Made by a program: the position numbers and the translations under genes
The notes under the pieces: model-generated
The model's database searches: none
Told to the model about the DNA's origin: nothing
What the model saw: the letters and a program-made list of their open reading frames with translations, nothing else
Assembly: GCA_016840095.1 (NCBI GenBank)
Contig: JAEOSZ010000057.1
Span: forward strand, 1 to 24,171
From: Candidatus Heimdallarchaeota archaeon
GTDB lineage: Archaea; Asgardarchaeota; Heimdallarchaeia; Heimdallarchaeales; Heimdallarchaeaceae
Direction: 5' to 3'
DNA length: 24,171 nucleotides
Shown: one piece after another, positions 18,332 to 24,171 of the stretch
How positions within the stretch are numbered: position 1 is the first letter of the stretch
How the letters are laid out: each line of letters starts with the position of its first letter

Positions 18332-20074
18332 TTGAGAAAAACAATCTTAATTAGCTGTGCTATTTTTATGGCTTCAATTATGGTACTTTCTCCAGCAATG
18401 TCAGTTTATGCTCAAGAGCCAGCAGTTGGTGGAACTTATAAGACAAGAATCACCTCTGATATTCTTACTCTAAATCCCTGGTTCTGGGGAATGATGATTG
18501 AAAGTTATATAATGGGACACATGTATGATGCCATGGTAACTTACGATGTGAATAATGTTCTACGGTTAGAACTCTGTGATTCGTATACGGTAAGTCCTGA
18601 TTTCACAACATGGACATGGAATTTAGTACAAGACGCATATTGGCATGATGGTCAACAAGTTACGGCGGATGACGTTGTCTGGACTTGGCAAACTTTAGCT
18701 GATGATCCAGGTATTCCAAGACGAAGTTGGTTATACGATGAAGTTGTCAACATCACAAAAATAACTGATTTTCAAATTGAACTTGAACTATCTTATGGAC
18801 CCAAACCAGTAGATGTTTTAGTTGAAATTGGAACAGATTGGATTTTACCAGAACACATCTGGGATACAATAGATGTATATGATTTCACCAATGACAATCC
18901 AGTAGGATGCGGACCCTTCACATGGGGAGAACGCGAACCAAGTCAATACTTTATTCTCTATAGAAACCCAGACTACTACTTACCCGGTCCTTATGTTGAA
19001 GAAAAAATCATCACCATAATACCAGATGAGTCTACTGCATATTACGCACTAAGTGTTGGAGATATAGACATTTATGATGGTCCACCTCCAGAACTAGAAG
19101 CAGTTGCAGAAAACGATCCTAACATATTCTTGCACGACTATCTCGCAGACTTTATCATGTATCTTGGTGTTAACCAACGAAGATGGCCTAACAATATAAC
19201 TGAATTCAAACAAGCTGTTTTAACAGGTATTGATAGAGAAGCAGTTCGACAAATCGTTTTCGGTGGTAGAGGAGTAGTTGCTGAAGCATCAATGAGTCTT
19301 CCAAGAGGTCCATACTACAATCCAAATATTCCAAAATATGAATATAATGTAACATGGGCTAATGCGACACTTGACAGTATCGGAGTTGTTGATAGCGATG
19401 CCGATGGATGGCGAGAAGCGAATGGAACAGAAATTGCATTTGATCTATTAGTAAGTGCGGAATATCAAGATTCAGTCGATACAGTTAGATTGATGGCTGA
19501 TAATATGGCAGACTTAGGAATAGAGGTAAATGTCAAACCAGTTCTATGGCCAATTCTCTGGCAAACTGTTGGTGGTGCGGGACATCTCGGAGGAGATTAC
19601 GACTATCCTGGTAAATACGACTATGATTGGGCATATCTAGGTTGGTCAGGTTTCTGGAGCGATTTCCATCCAAGTTGGATGGGTTGGATGTACGGTATAG
19701 ACCAGTGGTGGGGATCAGATGATGTCAATATTCCTGGATGGAACAGTTCAGTCAGATGGGAAGTTAATGACATAATCGAAGATATTCAACTAGAGACAGA
19801 TGAAGCAGTTTATACAGCTCTATTAAAAGAAGCTCAACTTCTTGTAGCACAAGATCTATGTTATCTTCCAATAATCAACACTGGTGGTGTATCACTCTAT
19901 CGAAAAGATTCAGTAGATGGATACATTATGGGTGAAACAGCTGGACCTGATAACTTCGAATCTGATATCGCAGTTTACTCTGTTGCAGAGAAAACAGATG
20001 GTTTCCAGGTAATAGCAGCAGTAATCTCACTTAGTGCTATTGGATTTGCACTCTATAGAAAACGTCGAAAATAA
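18332..20074 (+). CDS. oppA: Peptide/nickel ABC transporter substrate-binding protein (family 5, OppA/DppA-like) with C-terminal anchor
   Basis: Signal peptide, WHDGQQVTADDVVWT signature, PVGCGPF, RNPDYY, IDREAV; C-terminal DGF-TM-RKRRK; TTG start. Confidence 0.92.
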   Translation: MRKTILISCAIFMASIMVLSPAMSVYAQEPAVGGTYKTRITSDILTLNPWFWGMMIESYIMGHMYDAMVTYDVNNVLRLELCDSYTVSPDFTTWTWNLVQDAYWHDGQQVTADDVVWTWQTLADDPGIPRRSWLYDEVVNITKITDFQIELELSYGPKPVDVLVEIGTDWILPEHIWDTIDVYDFTNDNPVGCGPFTWGEREPSQYFILYRNPDYYLPGPYVEEKIITIIPDESTAYYALSVGDIDIYDGPPPELEAVAENDPNIFLHDYLADFIMYLGVNQRRWPNNITEFKQAVLTGIDREAVRQIVFGGRGVVAEASMSLPRGPYYNPNIPKYEYNVTWANATLDSIGVVDSDADGWREANGTEIAFDLLVSAEYQDSVDTVRLMADNMADLGIEVNVKPVLWPILWQTVGGAGHLGGDYDYPGKYDYDWAYLGWSGFWSDFHPSWMGWMYGIDQWWGSDDVNIPGWNSSVRWEVNDIIEDIQLETDEAVYTALLKEAQLLVAQDLCYLPIINTGGVSLYRKDSVDGYIMGETAGPDNFESDIAVYSVAEKTDGFQVIAAVISLSAIGFALYRKRRK

Positions 20075-20082
20075 ATTTACTT

Positions 20083-20116
20083 AATCTAGGGTAACCTAGA
20101 TTTTCTTTTTCTTTTT
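20083..20116 (+). terminator. Hairpin (8-bp stem, GTAA loop) followed by T-tracts, downstream of oppA
   Basis: AATCTAGG-GTAA-CCTAGATT then TTCTTTTTCTTTTT. Confidence 0.65.
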
Positions 20117-20229
20117 ATTCAAATCGAAAATTATGTTTAGATATTTGTGGTTTTATTAAACATATAGTATATCCCGAAATATTTAAAAATACTCCAAGTA
20201 TAACAGTTTTAGAAGTTGGTGCCAAATTT

Positions 20230-21222
20230 ATGGGATTGAAAGGATATATTGCAAAAAAGATCTTGTTTGCTTTGATTGCATACTTCATCGCGATTACTGT
20301 GGTTTTTCTCATCTATCATGCTATGCCAGGTAATCCTGCTGATATCTTCGCCCTTGACCCAAGAGTACCTCCTGATGTAAGAGAACATCTTTTAGAAAGA
20401 TGGGGTTTAAATGAACCATTATGGAAACAGTATGGCCTCTTTTTAAGAAATATCTTCCAAGGAGACCTTGGCTTTTCATTTCTTCATAGAAAAGATGTAA
20501 GTGTTTTAATTGGTGAAAGAATTCCATGGACACTTCTTTTATTAGGATCAGCATTTGTAATAAATGGATTAGTTGGTATTTTTCTTGGTTCATTTGTAGC
20601 TTGGAGAAGAGGATCAAAGACAGACACAGCCTTTGTTTTGACTTATAATATCTATAACGCATTACCATTATTCTTTGTTGGAATGATGTTTATAGCATTC
20701 TTTGGCTTTTATGCTAGAACACATGGATGGGCAATATGGTTCCCATTTGTAGGTGCGAAAACGCCACTTATAGAAAGAGAAGGAACGTTAGCACTAATAT
20801 TAGATGTTCTTTGGCATTTAGTATTACCACTTTCAACGTTGGTAATTGCAGGAATCTTGGGTTGGTCCTGGTTTATGAGAGGTAACCTAATCAACGTAAA
20901 AACTGAAGATTACATTCAAACAGCAAGAGCTAAAGGGCTCAAAGAAAGAAAAGTACTTTACAGACATGGTGTTAGAAATGCATTGCTTCCAGTTATTACA
21001 GATATTGGAATGAGTATAGGCTGGCTTATAGGAGGTTCTGTACTTATAGAAACGGTTTTCGCGTATCCAGGAACGGGAAGATTACTTTATGAGGCGATAA
21101 TGTTTAAGGATTATCCACTACTACAGGGATCTTTCATTATTATTGCGGGATTAACACTGTTAGGACTACTCATTGCTGAGTTACTTTATGGATTTGTAGA
21201 TCCAAGGATTAGAACTTCATAG
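20230..21222 (+). CDS. oppB: Peptide ABC transporter permease
   Basis: MPGNPA, GLNEPLWKQY, GDLGFS, HLVLP, EDYIQTARAKGL (EAA loop), RNALLP, IETVFAYPGTG, DPRIR. Confidence 0.93.
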   Translation: MGLKGYIAKKILFALIAYFIAITVVFLIYHAMPGNPADIFALDPRVPPDVREHLLERWGLNEPLWKQYGLFLRNIFQGDLGFSFLHRKDVSVLIGERIPWTLLLLGSAFVINGLVGIFLGSFVAWRRGSKTDTAFVLTYNIYNALPLFFVGMMFIAFFGFYARTHGWAIWFPFVGAKTPLIEREGTLALILDVLWHLVLPLSTLVIAGILGWSWFMRGNLINVKTEDYIQTARAKGLKERKVLYRHGVRNALLPVITDIGMSIGWLIGGSVLIETVFAYPGTGRLLYEAIMFKDYPLLQGSFIIIAGLTLLGLLIAELLYGFVDPRIRTS

Positions 21223-21233
21223 GTGAAAAAAAG

Positions 21234-22142
21234 ATGGCATTTAGAATAAGAAAACCTAATATAGGTAACATCAGTCGAAGATTAAAGAGAACTGGATCTA
21301 ACTTAAAAGTATTCAGCAAGAATTGGATGGGTGTAACTGGATTTATCCTTTTACTAATTATAATCGTGTTAGCAATAGGTGGAGAAAATTTTACTGAATA
21401 TGATCCTTATGAGTATTCAATTGAAGATCCAACACAGCCTCCAAGTAGCGAACACTGGTTAGGTACTAATAGATATGGACAAGATGTTTTTACTATTCTT
21501 CTAACTAGTCTCAGAATCTCATTATTAGTGGGACTCGTTGCAGGGAGCTTAACTGTACTTATTGGGACAACGATAGGAGTTGCGAGTGCATATATTGGCG
21601 GATGGGTGGATGTTGTAATTATGAGAATAACGGATGTGGTATTAGTTATGCCAGCATTACCACTTATGCTTGTACTAGCATCACTTCCATTCCTCGGGGG
21701 AACAACCCATTGGTCAGTTGTAGCGATAGTTTACGTGGTAGTATTCTGGCCTGTATCTGCTCGTTTGATACGTGGTCAAGCATTATCTCTTAAAATGAGA
21801 GCATTTGTTACAAGTGCAAAAGCAGCAGGCGCAAGTAGAAGATATATTATCTTTAAACACATACTTCCTAATGTTTTTCCACTAATGCTAACCATGATCA
21901 TAACATCTATGAGACAAGCGATTCTATATGAATCATTCTTAGCTTATCTCGGCTTAGGAGATCCTTTGAATTGGACACTTGGACAAATGCTTCATATAGC
22001 TCAAGTTCATGCAGCATTTGCTTCAGGAGCATGGTGGCTGTTCTTCCCACCAGGGATTATGATAGGGTTAATAACTTTGAGTTTTGCATTCATTGGAATA
22101 GCTTTCGATGAAATCGTAAATCCAAGGCTGAGAAAAAGGTGA
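21234..22142 (+). CDS. oppC: Peptide ABC transporter permease
   Basis: PPSSEHWLGTNRYGQD, ARLIRGQ, FVTSAKAAGAS, HILPN, NPRLR; GGTGA SD upstream. Confidence 0.93.
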   Translation: MAFRIRKPNIGNISRRLKRTGSNLKVFSKNWMGVTGFILLLIIIVLAIGGENFTEYDPYEYSIEDPTQPPSSEHWLGTNRYGQDVFTILLTSLRISLLVGLVAGSLTVLIGTTIGVASAYIGGWVDVVIMRITDVVLVMPALPLMLVLASLPFLGGTTHWSVVAIVYVVVFWPVSARLIRGQALSLKMRAFVTSAKAAGASRRYIIFKHILPNVFPLMLTMIITSMRQAILYESFLAYLGLGDPLNWTLGQMLHIAQVHAAFASGAWWLFFPPGIMIGLITLSFAFIGIAFDEIVNPRLRKR

Positions 22143-22146
22143 TAAA

Positions 22147-23220
22147 ATGTCGAAAAGTAAACAAAAACCGATACTAGAAGTACAAAATCTGAAAACATAC
22201 TTCCATACAAGAGGAGGAGCAGTTAAAGCTGTAGATGACGTGAGTTTTAAACTTCAAAGAGGAGAAGTTCTCGGTCTTGCAGGAGAAAGTGGTTGTGGTA
22301 AAACCACTTCCTGTCTTTCTATTATGCGGATGATACCTGAACCTGGGGAGATAATGGAAGGTCAACTCATCTATGATAAAGCATTCGAAGTAATGGATGA
22401 TAGAAAGACTATCAAAGAAAGAGTGAAGGAACGTCGTCTTACTAAGAAAGGAGAAGTAATCGAAAGAACAAATAATTTGCTGGAACTTAGAAATCATGAG
22501 ATGAGAAGAATAAGAGGTAATCATATTGCCATGATATTTCAAGGTGCAATGAATGCTCTTAATCCAGTCCATAGAGTTGGAGATCAGATTCTAGAAGCAA
22601 TAAAGATCCATGATACAGTAATTGACAAAACAGACGCTTGGGACAAAGTAATTGACATACTAGAAACTGTCGGAATTGATTCTTCTAGAGCTCGAGATTA
22701 TCCTCATCAACTAAGTGGGGGTATGAAACAAAGAGCTCTAATTGCAATGGCTCTCGTTAATAATCCTGATATTGTGATTGCTGATGAACCTGTTACAGCG
22801 TTAGATGTAATAGTTCAATCACAAGTTCTAAAAGCAACTAAACACTTGCAAAAGGAATTTGATTTGTCTATGATCATGATTACACATGATTTATCTGTTA
22901 TTGCAGAAGTCTGTGAAACAGTAGCTATTATGTATGCAGGTAAACTCGTTGAATATGGTGATCTTCGTACAATATTCAAAGAGCCTTTTCATCCTTATAC
23001 TCAAGCGTTAATTGACTCATTTCCGAGTATTGTTGGAGAAAAGAAAGAGTTATATGAGATTGGAGGTGCTCCTCCTGATTTGCGAAATCCACCATTAGGT
23101 TGTCGATTTCACCCACGATGTCCGAAAGCTATGCCTATTTGCAGTAAAAAAATACCTTCAAACACAGAAATGAAAGACGGTTTTGTGGCTTGCTGGCTCT
23201 ATGAAGAGGAGGAGAAATGA
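22147..23220 (+). CDS. oppD: Peptide ABC transporter ATP-binding protein
   Basis: Walker A GESGCGKT, IFQ Q-loop, LSGGMKQR, IADEP, ITHD, HPYT, C-terminal GCRFHPRC..C..VAC oligopeptide-ABC domain. Confidence 0.95.
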   Translation: MSKSKQKPILEVQNLKTYFHTRGGAVKAVDDVSFKLQRGEVLGLAGESGCGKTTSCLSIMRMIPEPGEIMEGQLIYDKAFEVMDDRKTIKERVKERRLTKKGEVIERTNNLLELRNHEMRRIRGNHIAMIFQGAMNALNPVHRVGDQILEAIKIHDTVIDKTDAWDKVIDILETVGIDSSRARDYPHQLSGGMKQRALIAMALVNNPDIVIADEPVTALDVIVQSQVLKATKHLQKEFDLSMIMITHDLSVIAEVCETVAIMYAGKLVEYGDLRTIFKEPFHPYTQALIDSFPSIVGEKKELYEIGGAPPDLRNPPLGCRFHPRCPKAMPICSKKIPSNTEMKDGFVACWLYEEEEK

Positions 23221-24171
23221 AAATGAAAACGACAACATCTGAAACTTTAGATAATTTCTCACTTGGTTTAATAGGAAACGCAGGAATCTTGTTTGTTATT
23301 GTAGCTGTAATAAATGTAATTCTTGATATCATTGGTCAAGTTCTTGACATCTATACTTTATCGCTTATATCAGTAATACTGCTTAACCTTGCAATAGTAA
23401 TGTTAGGGGTTTCAATAGGGAGAATTGCGATAAAAAATCCCAAAATTAGACTTAATGCAATTATAGTTGGGACTAGCTTAGCTCTTCTAGTAATCTTCAG
23501 TATTCTTAGTAGTGTATTTACTGCTATATATCCCCAATTTGTTCTAGTGGATTACCAACTTATTGTTGTGATGACAATCGGGAGTTTAAATCTTGTATCT
23601 CGTGTGATTGCATTTACACTGCTGAATACATTTTTTAAGCGAATATCTAAACCTGAGTATACAATGGAATCATTAATTTTTCCATTTTATGGATGGTATG
23701 GTGTCCTTGCTGTGGTTTCTTTAATATTAACAATGTATGTCTCTAATATTGCGTTGCTTCTATTTGTTACAATCGTAATTATCCTTGGAGAGATTGTGGT
23801 TCAATATGCTATAGGTGACAAACTTATCCGAAGTTCTGTTAAAGCACAATTAGCAATTCTGGAACCAGTTCCTGTTGCAACATATGCTGAAGATCAAACA
23901 AGATCTAAAGAACAAGCAGTAATAGAAGCTGTTCATCTGGAAAAACTATTCCCAGTTATGTTCGGTTTCTTTTCTAGCATTTTCTCTATTGAAGCTATTC
24001 AGAAATTTGTACAAATGACAAAATACTATTTCTCTAATATTTTCTCAAAGGAACGAACCAAATCGATTGGTTTACTTCTACGAGAATACTATACAAAAGT
24101 ATTCACAGGAGGAGAAAAACACTTTGTTCATGCAGTAGACGATGTGTCCTTTAAAATATACAAAGGAGAAA
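23217..24171 (+). CDS. Fusion of a ~6-TM membrane domain and an OppF/DppF-like ABC ATPase; 3' end outside the window
   Basis: ATG at 23217 overlaps the oppD stop (ATGA); 318 codons open to the window end. Residues ~15-200 are hydrophobic helices; then VIEAVHLEKLFPV...HFVHAVDDVSFKIYKGE, the typical start of an OppF NBD. Walker A would fall just beyond the window. Confidence 0.85.
   Translation, partial: MKMKTTTSETLDNFSLGLIGNAGILFVIVAVINVILDIIGQVLDIYTLSLISVILLNLAIVMLGVSIGRIAIKNPKIRLNAIIVGTSLALLVIFSILSSVFTAIYPQFVLVDYQLIVVMTIGSLNLVSRVIAFTLLNTFFKRISKPEYTMESLIFPFYGWYGVLAVVSLILTMYVSNIALLLFVTIVIILGEIVVQYAIGDKLIRSSVKAQLAILEPVPVATYAEDQTRSKEQAVIEAVHLEKLFPVMFGFFSSIFSIEAIQKFVQMTKYYFSNIFSKERTKSIGLLLREYYTKVFTGGEKHFVHAVDDVSFKIYKGE

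Noticed and set aside
18317-18334. A7 run after the ATG at 18322 as a frameshift or phase-variation site (A6 would give MKKLRK...), and in-frame ATG-GAA-TGA as readthrough
   Set aside because: The TTG at 18332 gives an intact signal peptide, and the purine motif plus A-run spacer mirrors that before oppC; no recoding is needed.
1609-23332. Short ORF-track entries antisense to or nested in larger genes (e.g. 1609, 3057, 5390, 5687, 6983, 9279, 10232, 10610, 10910, 14693, 15500, 20115, 20321, 20709, 21602, 22007, 22174, 23135)
   Set aside because: They overlap well-supported CDSs and show no recognisable motifs; expected by chance.
1-24171. tRNA, rRNA, CRISPR arrays, IS elements
   Set aside because: Intergenic gaps are short and AT-rich, with no cloverleaf, spaced direct repeats, terminal inverted repeats or transposase motifs seen by eye.

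Overview
AT-rich chromosomal window, very probably from an archaeon: many genes have BRE/TATA-like boxes 23-33 nt upstream of the start, surface proteins are rich in N-glycosylation sequons, and one carries a PGF-CTERM-like anchor. The gene mix is compatible with an Asgard (Heimdallarchaeia-like) genome, which is inference only. Left to right: a DASS/SLC13 transporter running off the left edge (absent from the ORF track), 2-oxoacid:ferredoxin oxidoreductase beta and alpha, an AEC-family transporter, a 643-aa orphan, a DinB-like protein, a class I/II aminotransferase, a DUF308/HdeD-like protein, a stand-alone TOPRIM protein, a PlsY homologue, an Eis-like acetyltransferase, two tandem beta-helix surface proteins, an arylsulfotransferase, a Pab87-like serine peptidase and an opp/dpp ABC operon whose last gene runs off the right edge (also absent from the ORF track). 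No RNA genes, CRISPR arrays or mobile elements were seen. The most unusual signals are: (1) an OppF-like ATPase fused in frame behind a ~6-TM membrane domain and carrying a 20-aa periodic insert; (2) a bacterial-type PlsY with the conserved motif-3 His replaced by Gln; (3) a DASS transporter with a ~140-aa sequon-rich extracellular domain, in an apparent operon with korAB; (4) a hidden internal repeat in the orphan protein; (5) a 1288-bp tandem duplication that places the second gene's putative promoter inside the first gene's coding tail. All calls are from manual motif reading; no database searches were run.
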